A DNA stretch of 64,000 nt from Bacteroidota bacterium (lineage in GTDB: Bacteria; Bacteroidota; Ignavibacteria; OLB7), in contig JBEHWX010000018.1 of assembly GCA_048498995.1 (NCBI GenBank), positions 2,620 to 66,619 on the forward strand, in the 5' to 3' direction. How positions within the stretch are numbered: position 1 is the first letter of the stretch; each line of letters opens with the position of its first letter. The position numbers and the translations under genes were made by a program. Under the pieces are notes generated by a model, which searched no databases, was not told the DNA's origin, and was given only the letters and a program-made list of their open reading frames with translations. This document shows, one piece after another, positions 37,681 to 47,995 of this stretch.

Positions 37681-38121
37681 ATGAGCGGATCGACCGAATG
37701 GATTCAACGACAGTTCCAGTTGAAGGAGCGCCGGCGCGGGTTCCATCTGGTGACGCGCGACGTGCTGGATCGGATGCCGGAGATCGCGGAGATCGAGACC
37801 GGCATGCTTCATCTGTTCATCCAGCATACATCCGCCTCCCTCACCATCAACGAGAACGCCAGCCCTGACGTGCGCGGCGACATGGAGCGGCACTTCAACG
37901 AGATGGTGCCGGAGAAAGCTCCCTACTACGAGCACACGCTGGAAGGTCCGGACGACATGCCGGCGCATATCAAGGCGTCGCTGCTCGGAAGCTCCGTCAC
38001 CATCCCGATCGGCCACGGACGGCTGCTGCTCGGCACCTGGCAGGGGATCTACCTCTGCGAGCACCGGAACGACGGCGGCCCGCGCGGCCTGGTGGGAACC
38101 ATCTGGGGATGCCGACGTTAA
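37681..38121 (+). CDS. yjbQ: YjbQ / UPF0047 secondary thiamine-phosphate synthase
   Basis: HTSASLTINENA, EGPDDMPAHIK and LGTWQGIYLCEHR. Confidence 0.92.
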   Translation: MSGSTEWIQRQFQLKERRRGFHLVTRDVLDRMPEIAEIETGMLHLFIQHTSASLTINENASPDVRGDMERHFNEMVPEKAPYYEHTLEGPDDMPAHIKASLLGSSVTIPIGHGRLLLGTWQGIYLCEHRNDGGPRGLVGTIWGCRR

Positions 38122-38187
38122 GAACGCCGGCCACGAGGCTGGACCCCGAGGCTGGACCCCGAGGCACGGGCTCGAGCGCCGCGCCGA

Positions 38188-38556
38188 TCAGCCTCCGGAG
38201 CGTTTGACGCTCCACCCCTTCTTCTTCAGCTCCTCGACCACCAGGTCGCGGTGATCTCCCTGAATCTCTATCACGCCATCCTTGACCGTGCCGCCGGAGC
38301 CGCAGCGGCGCTTGAGCTGCGTGGCCAGTTCGGCCAGCTCCGTCGGCGGCAGCGGAACGCCGGTGATCACCGTCACGCCGCTCCCCTTGCGTCCCTTCGT
38401 CTCCCGTCCAACGCGCACCACGCCGTCGCGCACGGCGCCGGAGCGTCCCTTCGGACACGCGCATTCGCTCTTCGGCCTGCCGCAGTCGGAGCACATCTCC
38501 CCATGCTCCGACGAATAGACGAGCCCTCCCCCGTCAACGATCCTCCGCGATTTCAT
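38188..38556 (-). CDS. yciH: SUI1/YciH translation initiation factor homolog
   Basis: LVYS, Cxx[11 protein letters not shown] and [21 protein letters not shown]. Confidence 0.92.
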   Translation of the reverse strand: MKSRRIVDGGGLVYSSEHGEMCSDCGRPKSECACPKGRSGAVRDGVVRVGRETKGRKGSGVTVITGVPLPPTELAELATQLKRRCGSGGTVKDGVIEIQGDHRDLVVEELKKKGWSVKRSGG

Positions 38557-38773
38557 CTGTACTTCTCCATGATCCGGCCGCGGCCGGTGAATGACGACAC
38601 TCGGAAATCCGGACCGCGATCCCAGGGAGGATAGCGCGCCGGTGGGCCAAAGATAGTACCGGCGGGGCAGCGGCGCTCCGCCGTCGGCGTGGCCGAACGC
38701 TCTGTTGCGCTTGGCGCCGAATCGGGCTAATATTGGCCCGCGTCTCCCGCCCTCACCCAGGGATCGAGGTTCG

Positions 38774-40396
38774 ATGGACGATCCGAACGACCTGCGCGCG
38801 CGGCTCGACTCCACCCGGAGCCCTTCCGAGCGCATCGAGCTCCACTACCGTCTCTGCCGCATTCTCGCCGAAAGCGATCCTTCCGGCGCGCTTCTCCATG
38901 GCCGCCACGCGCTACGACTGATGAACCAGCACCACGACCAGCATCTCCGCCTCGATATCCTGATCGCCACTTCACGCTGCCGGCTGGAGATGGGAGATAT
39001 CCCCGGCGCCGAGCGGGAGGTCGCCGAGGCGCTGGCGCTCCTTCATGGCCTTCCGGAGGAATCGCGCCACGGGATCGCATTCTCCCTGGCCGGCGTGATC
39101 CATCTGCGCAAGGGGGAGCTCGAGAGCGCCCGCTCCCGGTTCGAGAAGGCACTGCTTCACTTCTCGAAGAAGGATGATGCGCGCGAGATGGCGCTGGCGC
39201 ACAACCGGCTCGGCCTGATCGCCCACGCCGAGGGGGATTTCCCCGGCGCGCTGGTGGAGCTTCGGATGGCGCTCGACCGGCTCGGCGGCAGCGAGGATGC
39301 GCGCCTGAGGGCGACCATCCTGACGAGCATGGCCGCGATTCATCAACGCGCCGGACGCGTTTCCGACGCTCTCCGGGAATACCGTGGCGCGCTCGACCTG
39401 CGACGCCGCATGAACGATCCGGACGGCACGGCGACGACACTCTCCTGCATCGCCGAGCTGCTCGCGGCCACCGGCAACACCGCCGAGGCGGCCGCCGCCG
39501 TCGAGGAAGCGCTCGGGCTGCGGCGCGAGCTCGGCGATGATGCGCGCGTCCGGCTTCTGACCGGACGCCTCGGCCTGCTGCTGGCCGAGCTTGGCGATGA
39601 CGCGAACGGCGCGCGACACCTGCGCGCGGCGCTTCCGGACGCGGAAGACACGGTGAACGCGACGGAGCGGCTTCGGCTGCTGACGGCGCTGGCGCGCCTG
39701 GAGCTTCGTGCATCCCGGCCGGGAGACGCGCGCGAGATCTGCCTGGACGCGCTGCGCGTGTCCGAGAAGCTCGACCTGCGCCGCGAGCGGATGGCGATGC
39801 TCGAGCTGCTGATGGCGTGTGATGAGATGGGATCGGACGCGGAGACCGATCTCCATCGGAACATGGTGGCGACCGCGCACGCGGAAATGGCGGAGTCCGA
39901 CGCGCGCCGCGAACGGACGCGCGCCGGACTCGACGCGGAGATCGACGAGATCGAGCGGAACTGGGATGCGCTCCAGACGGCGCTGCTCCGGCTGGAGGAA
40001 CGGACGGAGGCGGCCCGCGATCGGCTTGCCGCCATCATCGCCGAGGCTGGCGATCCCGACGTGATGCTCCTCCGGCTGCGGCGGGAGCTCGGCGAGCTTC
40101 TACCACATGACCCCGATGCGGACGCCGGTCTCGGAGAGCGGCTGAACGAGGTCTACGATCGTGCACGACGACACGACGAGGACCGCATGCTCCGGACGCT
40201 CGGAGCCTCGATTCCCAACGGCGTGCTGGAGCGTCCGCTCGAGGGCGCTCCACGGCTCACACGGCCGGAGCTCAGGGTCGCGACGCTGTTGAGAGCGGGC
40301 TTCAGAGCCCATCAGATCGCCGCGCTTCTCGGGATGAAGCCGCGGACGGTCGAGACCCACAGGTGGCACATCAATGTGCGCCTCGGTCGCCGATAG
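38774..40396 (+). CDS. TPR-repeat protein with C-terminal LuxR HTH
   Basis: Multiple TPR helices; LTRPELRVA...[14 protein letters not shown]. Confidence 0.85.
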   Translation: MDDPNDLRARLDSTRSPSERIELHYRLCRILAESDPSGALLHGRHALRLMNQHHDQHLRLDILIATSRCRLEMGDIPGAEREVAEALALLHGLPEESRHGIAFSLAGVIHLRKGELESARSRFEKALLHFSKKDDAREMALAHNRLGLIAHAEGDFPGALVELRMALDRLGGSEDARLRATILTSMAAIHQRAGRVSDALREYRGALDLRRRMNDPDGTATTLSCIAELLAATGNTAEAAAAVEEALGLRRELGDDARVRLLTGRLGLLLAELGDDANGARHLRAALPDAEDTVNATERLRLLTALARLELRASRPGDAREICLDALRVSEKLDLRRERMAMLELLMACDEMGSDAETDLHRNMVATAHAEMAESDARRERTRAGLDAEIDEIERNWDALQTALLRLEERTEAARDRLAAIIAEAGDPDVMLLRLRRELGELLPHDPDADAGLGERLNEVYDRARRHDEDRMLRTLGASIPNGVLERPLEGAPRLTRPELRVATLLRAGFRAHQIAALLGMKPRTVETHRWHINVRLGRR

Positions 40397-40427
40397 CCGG
40401 ACCTTCATCTCCTCGTGCCGCCAGCCG

Positions 40428-41192
40428 CTACGCCTTCACCCCCGCGATCACGCGATCCCAGTCGAACGCCGGACCGATATCCCATTTGCCGCTCGGGCGA
40501 TAGTTGACGTGGCTGGTGATGCCATGGAAGCCGGCGATCTGCTGCACCACATCGTAACGGGCCGGAGCGTCCAGGAAGGCGCGTGGGATACCGTACTTGG
40601 CCGTGAGGAAGCGGAGCAGGGCGATGATACTTTCGTACTGCTGGCCGGTGAACGTGGCGAAATACTGCTTGCCGCGGAAGGGCTTCACCTTCTGGTAGTA
40701 GGCGGCCTCCGCCTCCGTGCAGTAGACGTCCGAGGAGCTGTACTGCGTCACCAGTCCCGAGGCTCCCTTCTCGAGGATGCCGATGTTCGAGATCTCGATG
40801 GCCAGGCTGCTACGGCTCATCTCGGAGTTCCCTCCCTGCGCTCCCGGGCCGAGATGGTACGACCAGTACTTCGATGTCCAGAGGTTGTAGATCGTTCCGT
40901 CGCGCGCTATCACGAACGGCACCGAGACCTGATTCCCCGGCGTGGTGAGCGTGGCGATATCTCCCTTCAGATAGCCGGCGGTGAAGTGCAGCACGATCCG
41001 CTTCTTCTCGAACACCTCCTTCATGTAGAAGCTCGCGTCGCCGTTCTCCCTGGTGCATTCGATCATGGCGACCTTTTCGGCGGCGCCGGGGATCTTCACC
41101 TCGAACGGTTTCAGGATATGCTTCTTCCCCGCCGAATCGATCCCCGAATCCCTGAAGCTCTTCTCGTGTCCCGGAATGCTGGTGGCCTTCAT
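40428..41192 (-). CDS. N-acetylmuramoyl-L-alanine amidase (Amidase_2)
   Basis: IVLHFTAG, WSYHLG, IEISN and ITSH...KWDIGP.FDW. Confidence 0.88.
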   Translation of the reverse strand: MKATSIPGHEKSFRDSGIDSAGKKHILKPFEVKIPGAAEKVAMIECTRENGDASFYMKEVFEKKRIVLHFTAGYLKGDIATLTTPGNQVSVPFVIARDGTIYNLWTSKYWSYHLGPGAQGGNSEMSRSSLAIEISNIGILEKGASGLVTQYSSSDVYCTEAEAAYYQKVKPFRGKQYFATFTGQQYESIIALLRFLTAKYGIPRAFLDAPARYDVVQQIAGFHGITSHVNYRPSGKWDIGPAFDWDRVIAGVKA

Positions 41193-41443
41193 GGCTGCGT
41201 CTCCTCGAACTGGATGGATGTGGCGCGCCGGCTGGATATGCCGTACCCGATGGATCGGATGCGATGTAGCGGATACGATGCGCCGGGCGCGAGGCGGAAG
41301 AGCCGGCCCGTGGAGTCTGGTGGAAGGGAGGCCAGCCGTCGGATATTCGTGATGGATCGGCGACGGAGGCTCGACCGGCTCGGGCGGAGCCTCCATCGCG
41401 ATGCGATACATACTCGCGCGGGCGGGCGTGGCCGCCGCGGAGC

Positions 41444-41863
41444 TCAGAAGGGGTCGAAGCAGTCGTAGTTCCGCTGCGCGCGGATCCGGCCGTCGCGCAG
41501 CTCGAAGAAGACGCCGAAGCGCGCCCGCATGGCTTCTCCCGCCTTCAGCGCGCCGAGATCCACGGTGAGCACGCCAGTCCAGATCACCTCGAGGGCCACC
41601 TTGTCGCCGGCGGCGATCGCGCTCGTGATCTCGTAGGATTCCGAGGCGATCACGACCCGGCCACGACGGGAAGCCTCGGCCAGCCCGGCAAGATCCCGCC
41701 GGGCGCCGTTCGGCACCAGACGGTTCGGAAACTCCACCTGGAGGACGTCCTCGGCATAGAACGCCAGGATCTCCTCGACCGGAGCACGGACGCTGATCGC
41801 CTCCAGGTAGCGGCGCACCGTCGCCAGATTGAGCTCTTCGGTCGTCATGATATCGGCTTCCAT
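41444..41863 (-). CDS. SnoaL-like NTF2 family protein
   Basis: EFPNRL; DGRIRAQRNYDCF. Confidence 0.88.
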   Translation of the reverse strand: MEADIMTTEELNLATVRRYLEAISVRAPVEEILAFYAEDVLQVEFPNRLVPNGARRDLAGLAEASRRGRVVIASESYEITSAIAAGDKVALEVIWTGVLTVDLGALKAGEAMRARFGVFFELRDGRIRAQRNYDCFDPF

Positions 41864-41912
41864 GTCGTGCTTGTCTCCGGCGTTGCGTGATGACGGTCGG
41901 CGAGCGCCCGGC

Positions 41913-42602
41913 TCATTTCACCTTGATGTCGGCCGCGTAGATGTGCCAGTTCTTCATTTCGCCGGCGCCATCGACCACCGCGCGGTGCAGCACGTAGCTC
42001 CCGACGAAATGCTGTGGGGTGCCGTTCTTCTTGGTGGCGTTGATCGTCACCGGAATCATCACGTAGCGCGATCCGGCCGCGGGCTCGATCCGTCCCGGCG
42101 TTCCCGGCACCACCGACACCGCGCGGGTCTCGGCGAAGCCCGCCTTGAACTGCGCGAACGTCTGACCGCTGGCCAGTCCGTTCCGCTCCCAGTAGTGATA
42201 GGCGCGCTCGTAATCCTTCTTGGCGATCGCGTCGTAATAGTCGCGCACCACGCCGAGCGCCCCTTCCACTCCCTCGGCTCCGGTCTCGTTCATGTTCACA
42301 TCCGAGGGGACCTTGCCGCCGGCCGTATCGGCCGAGCCATGCGACTCGGACGAGCTTCCGTTGGCATGCTCCGAGCCGGAGGCGCCGGCCGCGCCGGAGC
42401 CGTTCGAGGGAGAGGCCGGCTTCGTATCCCGCGTTCCGGATGTTCCGGTCGTGGTCTCCGTTCCGGCCGCGCCGGACGCGCCGGAGGTCATGGCCGAGTC
42501 GCCGCGGGGATGATCCCCACCGGCATCGGACGAGCAGCCGGTCAGAAGAAGGATCGGCAGAAGAAGCGTGGAGAGCGCGAGAAAGGTTCGATGTGCTGAC
42601 AT
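41913..42602 (-). CDS. Hypothetical lipoprotein
   Basis: Lipobox LLTGC; Ser/Gly linker; VVRDYYDAI...AAGSRY domain. Confidence 0.78.
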   Translation of the reverse strand: MSAHRTFLALSTLLLPILLLTGCSSDAGGDHPRGDSAMTSGASGAAGTETTTGTSGTRDTKPASPSNGSGAAGASGSEHANGSSSESHGSADTAGGKVPSDVNMNETGAEGVEGALGVVRDYYDAIAKKDYERAYHYWERNGLASGQTFAQFKAGFAETRAVSVVPGTPGRIEPAAGSRYVMIPVTINATKKNGTPQHFVGSYVLHRAVVDGAGEMKNWHIYAADIKVK

Positions 42603-42721
42603 CTCGTTGACACGTTCGTGAATATCATTCCGGCCGATGCGGATCACCGCGAAACGGACCACCGCAAAGATGCCATATCCGCGCGTGATGACGATGGATC
42701 GGAGATCCCGCGGCTTCACGC

Positions 42722-42770
42722 GCGACGCAGTACATGCGACGCATCGTGCGCGACGCATGTACTGCGTCGC
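42722..42770. repeat. 17-bp perfect inverted repeat (terminator or REP-like)
   Basis: GCGACGCAGTACATGCG / CGCATGTACTGCGTCGC with a 15-nt loop. Confidence 0.6.
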
Positions 42771-42794
42771 TCGGCGACATCAGGGCCGCGCCAC

Positions 42795-43829
42795 TCAGAC
42801 AGGCTGCTCGAAGCGCGCCAGGAATGCGCCACCGGCATCGTACAGCTCCAGCGCGCCATCGACAACCTTCCAGCTCGCCGCGTCGCGCAGCACCGCGAGG
42901 AACGCCGTCTCCTGCTCCATCACCCCCATGCACGCCATCTTCGTCGAGATGAGCTCGCCGAAGGAGACCTTCCCCCGTTCGGCCACGTACGTTCCGGAGA
43001 TCCGGTTGCAGCCGGTCGAGCCCTGCACGCGCCTGGTGCGGGAATCGAGACGGAAGAACGCCTCGCGCTCACCGGAGGTCGTCACCGGCGTGTTGCCGAG
43101 GCGGGTCAGCTTCCAGTAGGCATCCTCAAGTCCCGGCGGTGCCTGCTTGTCGTTGCAGGACATCCCGGGCAACGCGCTCACGAAACGATCGACGATCAGC
43201 GTCGGCGCGGCGCCGGAGGTGATCCGCCCCTCGAGATCGACCAGCACCGGAGCCTCCGCGCCGGCGCGTGCCTTGGCGTACGCGGCCCGGAGCGCGGCGG
43301 TATCTCCCCCGCCGACAACCCGCATCGTCATGCCGGTCGTGCACTCGGTCACCATCCCTCCCTCGGCCGTCTCGCGGTAGCTGCCGCGGAGCTGCAGCTT
43401 CGGATCGATCCGGCTGTAGCTCGCTGCGCGGCGCAACTCGCGCGCGGCGCCGGCGGAGTCCGGCCGGCCGACCTGACGGAGCGTCCCATCCGGCAGCGGG
43501 ATGAACCCGACTGTCACATCCCGATGCCGCAGCGTGATCGCGCCGGTATCGGAGGTTCGGGACCATCGCCCAATCTCGTCGAATCCCGGACCTCCCGCCG
43601 ACGTCCGGCCGAGAAAGCTCGTGCGAAGGATGAAGATGCTGTCCGGACGGAGATCGAGCTGGTGGACCATGCCGTCGCAGTCGGGACAGGGAACGGTATC
43701 GGTATAGAGCGCCGGAAGCCGCAAGGCCGAGGAATCGCGCGCCGACTGGCATCCGGCGGCCATGAAGCTCGCGCTCATCAGGCACGCGGCCATCGCCGCG
43801 GCCACGCTCGAAGCGAATGATCGTTCCAT
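42795..43829 (-). CDS. NlpE-N / META (HslJ) domain lipoprotein
   Basis: Lipobox MAAGC; PCPDCDG; GSTGCNR and STKMAC. Confidence 0.85.
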   Translation of the reverse strand: MERSFASSVAAAMAACLMSASFMAAGCQSARDSSALRLPALYTDTVPCPDCDGMVHQLDLRPDSIFILRTSFLGRTSAGGPGFDEIGRWSRTSDTGAITLRHRDVTVGFIPLPDGTLRQVGRPDSAGAARELRRAASYSRIDPKLQLRGSYRETAEGGMVTECTTGMTMRVVGGGDTAALRAAYAKARAGAEAPVLVDLEGRITSGAAPTLIVDRFVSALPGMSCNDKQAPPGLEDAYWKLTRLGNTPVTTSGEREAFFRLDSRTRRVQGSTGCNRISGTYVAERGKVSFGELISTKMACMGVMEQETAFLAVLRDAASWKVVDGALELYDAGGAFLARFEQPV

Positions 43830-43968
43830 CTCACGGTTCTCCCTGATATCTCCATGGGCTTCCGTCGTCCCGACTTCCCACTGAAGGGAATCCACCGTTC
43901 CATGGAATCAACAAGCATACCGACTCCATCCGACGGGAGATCCGGAAGACCCGCGCCCGCCTCGAAGG

Positions 43969-44499
43969 TCACTCCCTGAGCAAGCGGACCATGCGGGGGA
44001 AGGGCTCCACGCCGAGCTCCTCCGCCTTCTTCTCGTCGTGCGTCAATCCCATCCATTGCAGCAGCGGCACGCCGACGTAATGCCCCGCGGAGAAATTCTC
44101 GATGAAGGCCTGGGATGATCCGCGATATCCGTTGGAATGAAACACCACGTCAGGAGGAATGCCGAGATGCGAGAGCGCGGCCCACGACCAGGCGATCGCG
44201 CCGATCTCCAGTCCGAGATCCTGGCCGACATCGGAGCCCATGCTCCGGCGCTCCTCGGCGGTGAGGACCGCGATGTGCCCCGCCTCGTGAAGGAGATCTC
44301 CGGGATAGAGAAGCTTCTCCTGATCGATGTAGATCCGCCCGTCCTCGATCAGGATGCCGGGAAGGAACGTCGTGGCGTCGATCCGGCGAGGCTCGACCGG
44401 GATGCCGATCTCCTCGAGAAAGCCGGTGATGCGCCGCGTGAGCGGATCGGCGAACGGGGCCTCGGTGAACTGAACGTCGTGCATGTCCATGCTCTGCAT
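43969..44499 (-). CDS. Hypothetical HExxH metallopeptidase-like protein
   Basis: PGDLLHEAGH with a downstream E; TFLPG. Confidence 0.75.
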   Translation of the reverse strand: MQSMDMHDVQFTEAPFADPLTRRITGFLEEIGIPVEPRRIDATTFLPGILIEDGRIYIDQEKLLYPGDLLHEAGHIAVLTAEERRSMGSDVGQDLGLEIGAIAWSWAALSHLGIPPDVVFHSNGYRGSSQAFIENFSAGHYVGVPLLQWMGLTHDEKKAEELGVEPFPRMVRLLRE

Positions 44500-44573
44500 C
44501 AGGTATCTGCTGGGGGATGTGACGGCCGCTCCGGGAGGATGACGCCGCGTGGGGCATCAGGCCGCGTGGGGCA

Positions 44574-45686
44574 TCAGGCCTCGATAGGCGAGGCGTGAAA
44601 GACTCTCTCTTCGTACATCGTGATGATCTCCTCGGCCGAGAAGCTCCGTCGCTCCTCGACCGCCATCCGCTTCACCGTCTCCCGCATGTGGGCGTAGGTC
44701 TCCTCCGTCTGAGGAAGCCCGACGACGCGCTCGAAGAGCCAGCGGAAATTGCTTCGGCCGCTGTACTTGCCGAACCAGATCTCCGGGGCGATGCCGTGGA
44801 AGATCGAGTAGGCCATCGGATCGCGCAGCATCGCGTGGACGTGCAGTCCGGTCTCGCTTCTGAAGGCATCCGGCGACAGCGGCGGCGCCGGGGTGGCGCC
44901 GGAGTAGGAGCGCACCTTCTCGGCGATCGTCTCCAGCTCCTCGTAATCGGTCCCCGGGCGCACCAGGCCATGCTCGTCCCGGAGCCGGAGCAGCACCTGC
45001 TCGGTGGCCGCGTTGCCGGCCCGCTCGCCGATGCCGGTCATCGTGGTCGAGATGAGCGTGGCGCCGGCCAGCACCGCGACGATGGTGTTGTCCACGGCCA
45101 GCCCGAGATCATTGTGACAATGGATGCCGACCTTCACCCCGGTCCGCCGGATCACCTCCCTGACCCAGATGCCGGTCATCGCCGGCTGAAGGCATCCGAC
45201 GGTATCGCAGAGGATCAGGTGATCGATCCGCGGAGCAAGCGCGCCGGCCAGTTCGATCACGAAGTCCACGTCGGCGCGCGAGGCATCCTCCAGCGCGACA
45301 TCGACGGCCATCCCCACGTCGTGGGCATGGCCGACCAGCTCGACGAGCCGCCCCAGAATCTCCAGGCGCGAGGTTCCCCTGGCGGCCAGAAGGATATCGG
45401 AGACGGAAGCGAAGAGGGTGATTCTGCCGGCGCCGATCCGATGCGCCATGTCGACGTACGCGGCGCGGGCCGGCACGTCCGGAGCCACCGGGACGCCGGC
45501 GGCCAGGAGATCGCGCGCCAGCTCCTCCTCGTCCCTCCCGACCGAGGGCATCAGTGCCACGAAGTCGACGCCGACGGCGGCCAGATCGCGCGCCAGCTCC
45601 TCCTTTTCCTCACGGGAAAAGACGACGCCGACCTGCTGCTCGCCATCGCGCAGCGTTTCATCCGACAGTATCAACGGAATCGTCAT
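44574..45686 (-). CDS. LeuA/homocitrate synthase-like DRE-TIM enzyme without regulatory domain
   Basis: DETLRDGEQ, CDTVG, HCHNDLGLA, GIGERAGNA and GKYSG. Confidence 0.85.
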   Translation of the reverse strand: MTIPLILSDETLRDGEQQVGVVFSREEKEELARDLAAVGVDFVALMPSVGRDEEELARDLLAAGVPVAPDVPARAAYVDMAHRIGAGRITLFASVSDILLAARGTSRLEILGRLVELVGHAHDVGMAVDVALEDASRADVDFVIELAGALAPRIDHLILCDTVGCLQPAMTGIWVREVIRRTGVKVGIHCHNDLGLAVDNTIVAVLAGATLISTTMTGIGERAGNAATEQVLLRLRDEHGLVRPGTDYEELETIAEKVRSYSGATPAPPLSPDAFRSETGLHVHAMLRDPMAYSIFHGIAPEIWFGKYSGRSNFRWLFERVVGLPQTEETYAHMRETVKRMAVEERRSFSAEEIITMYEERVFHASPIEA

Positions 45687-46167
45687 GGCCTGCCTCCGAC
45701 CGGACCGGATCGAGTTCTGGGAGATCGCGCAACGGACGCGTGGCGAATATAGGAGACGGCCGCTCATTCTGGAATCGGCGGGGAACGGAGTGGAGGATAA
45801 GCCGTCCGGCTACGTGGATCTCGCGTGACGAGGGGGAGGCGCGCGCGAAGAGCGCGCGCCCGTCGGATACGCTCTCTCCGATGCGTCATCATCCGGCGGC
45901 ATCACGTTCCGGGATCGACGCGTTACGCCGCGGGAAGCCCGTGGCCGGCCATCGCGCGGCGATGCTTCCCGCGAGGAGGAGCCGGCGGGGGAGGACCGGG
46001 GTTATCGATCGCATCGAAGGCAGTACGGCTCCGCCGACGGAAGCGCCTGGACACCGCTCCGGAGGGGGTACACAAAGTAGGACTTGCAGGACCCTCACCC
46101 GGCAAGTATACTTGTGTACCAAAGGCACCGATAGTTGTCACATCAGAACAACAACATCCTCCCGACG

Positions 46168-47238
46168 ATGAGGCCGCCGAAGCATATCATCCTGGCCGCG
46201 GCCGGGATTCTTCTCATGTGCTCCCCACCACCACGCGCGCGGGCACAGGAACATGACCTGATTCTCCACCCCGAGAACTGGACGGAAGTTCAGGATCAGG
46301 TCTATATCCGCACGCGGCGTCCCGATGGGACCACGCGGAACGACTCGTCGATCATATCTGCCGCATACCGTTTCGAATATGTCTACGATTCGACATGCCG
46401 TGGTCAGTATCTCTTCAGCGAGTGCATGCACAACGGCAGCCGCCCGCGTCTGCTGGCCTGGATGGATGGCCACATCCACTCCTCTGATGAGGCGATGATG
46501 ACCGACAGCAGCCGGACGGCGAGCTTTCCGATCGCCCCCGGAGACATGGTGAGATTCTATCGGGAGTTCAAGTGGTATGATCCGAAACTGGGCCGGCAGG
46601 ACACCAACAATTTCCGCTCGCTCGACACTGTCGACTATGCCGTGGAGCTTGCTCGCGCGACAACGGGCGAGCGGATCGCGCTGCTCGACAGTTTCGGTGT
46701 TCTCCCCTCCCCCATCGCCGGGTCTCCGATCTTCTATGGCACGCGACCGATCATGTCCCGGATATCCTATCGCGTTCCCGTCGAGGTCGGACACGACTCC
46801 GCCTTCGTGAGGGTACGGTTGTATTCACGTGGCGAGGGCCCCTATCTGCCGATTCGAAAGGATGACATCACCTTTGGCTTGTCTCATGCGCTGGACCGGG
46901 GCCTGTTCGATTACTATCTGAGTCTGTTCGGCGGTGCCCTGAACAAACGGAGCGTGGAGGATCTCACCACTCGAATATCACGGGGCGGATCACTTCTCGC
47001 GGTATCGCCGATGGCTTCCGGCCGGATCGAGATTCACGTGGCCGCTCTCCTGGAGCATGAGCCGGTGGAGATCGCCATCTACGATGCCGGCGGAGCCTGC
47101 GTCTCGGTCCCCTATGCCGGCATGCCGGCCGCGGGCGGAACCGTCACGGCCGACCTCGGAGCGGCGGGAGTCTACTTCGTCGCCCTTCTACGCGGCGGAC
47201 GGATCCTCGATGTCGCGACAATCACCACGGCCCGATAG
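46168..47238 (+). CDS. Secreted protein with degenerate T9SS-type C-terminal domain
   Basis: Signal peptide ending ARAQ; IAIYDAGG...GVYFV at the C-terminus. Confidence 0.72.
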   Translation: MRPPKHIILAAAGILLMCSPPPRARAQEHDLILHPENWTEVQDQVYIRTRRPDGTTRNDSSIISAAYRFEYVYDSTCRGQYLFSECMHNGSRPRLLAWMDGHIHSSDEAMMTDSSRTASFPIAPGDMVRFYREFKWYDPKLGRQDTNNFRSLDTVDYAVELARATTGERIALLDSFGVLPSPIAGSPIFYGTRPIMSRISYRVPVEVGHDSAFVRVRLYSRGEGPYLPIRKDDITFGLSHALDRGLFDYYLSLFGGALNKRSVEDLTTRISRGGSLLAVSPMASGRIEIHVAALLEHEPVEIAIYDAGGACVSVPYAGMPAAGGTVTADLGAAGVYFVALLRGGRILDVATITTAR

Positions 47239-47246
47239 GAGGTACG

Positions 47247-47894
47247 ATGCGACGAACGAACTGCATGCGCTGGTCGATGGCACTGATACTCGTGCTGTCG
47301 CACGCCGTTGCCACCGCCCGCAATGAGCGCAAACCTCCTCCTCCCGTTCTGATCTCCGGTGGAGGGCTGCCGGGGGATGGTGTCGACGTCTGGACGCCGG
47401 ACGATCCGGGTGGTGGCGGAGGCTCCGGTGGCGGGGGATGCGGCGACGGCGGGGGAGGATCCAACCACAACCTCTGCAACTACGGCTTCCCTCCGGAGGG
47501 GCCTCCGATCGGAGGCGGCGGACACACGACCTCGGGTGACGGTGGATGGGACTGGTGGAACAGCGGCGGCTTCTGGGGATGGGGCTCCGGCTGGTGGCGC
47601 TATCCCGATCCGCAGTAGCCCGGCGACGGAAGCGGAAGTAGCGGAGGCGAAGGAGGCTCGGGGGGGAGCATCGGTTGCGGTCTAGATCCCGATAGAGCGG
47701 CCAATAGCGGTTGCCGGATCATCGTCACCGGCGGCAACGACAACGTCTGCGGCTGCATCATGAAGGTGAAGAGGAATTCGAAGGGTGACCTCGTCTGGCT
47801 CGACGACTGCGCGATCTGTGTATACGATCCCGACTATGCCAGCCCGGACTGCGCCGGGAAGCACCAGGGAGATGAATGCCCCGGCTACCACTAG
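47247..47894 (+). pseudogene. Secreted Gly/Trp/Cys-rich ORF interrupted by one in-frame TAG at 47616-47618
   Basis: The frame stays open and protein-like for 91 codons after the TAG, up to TAG 47892-47894. Confidence 0.6.
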
Positions 47895-47995
47895 CCGAGG
47901 GCATCCCGGACGATCTCCGTCCATCAATCGAGAACGGCCTCTTCCGCGCGGGAAGAGGCCGTTCTCATGCTGTCTCCAGCATCTCCACAACGCCC

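Noticed and set aside
47616-47618. Pyrrolysine or genome-wide TAG recoding
   Set aside because: No pyl genes in the window, and TAG ends other genes normally (e.g. 50803-50805)
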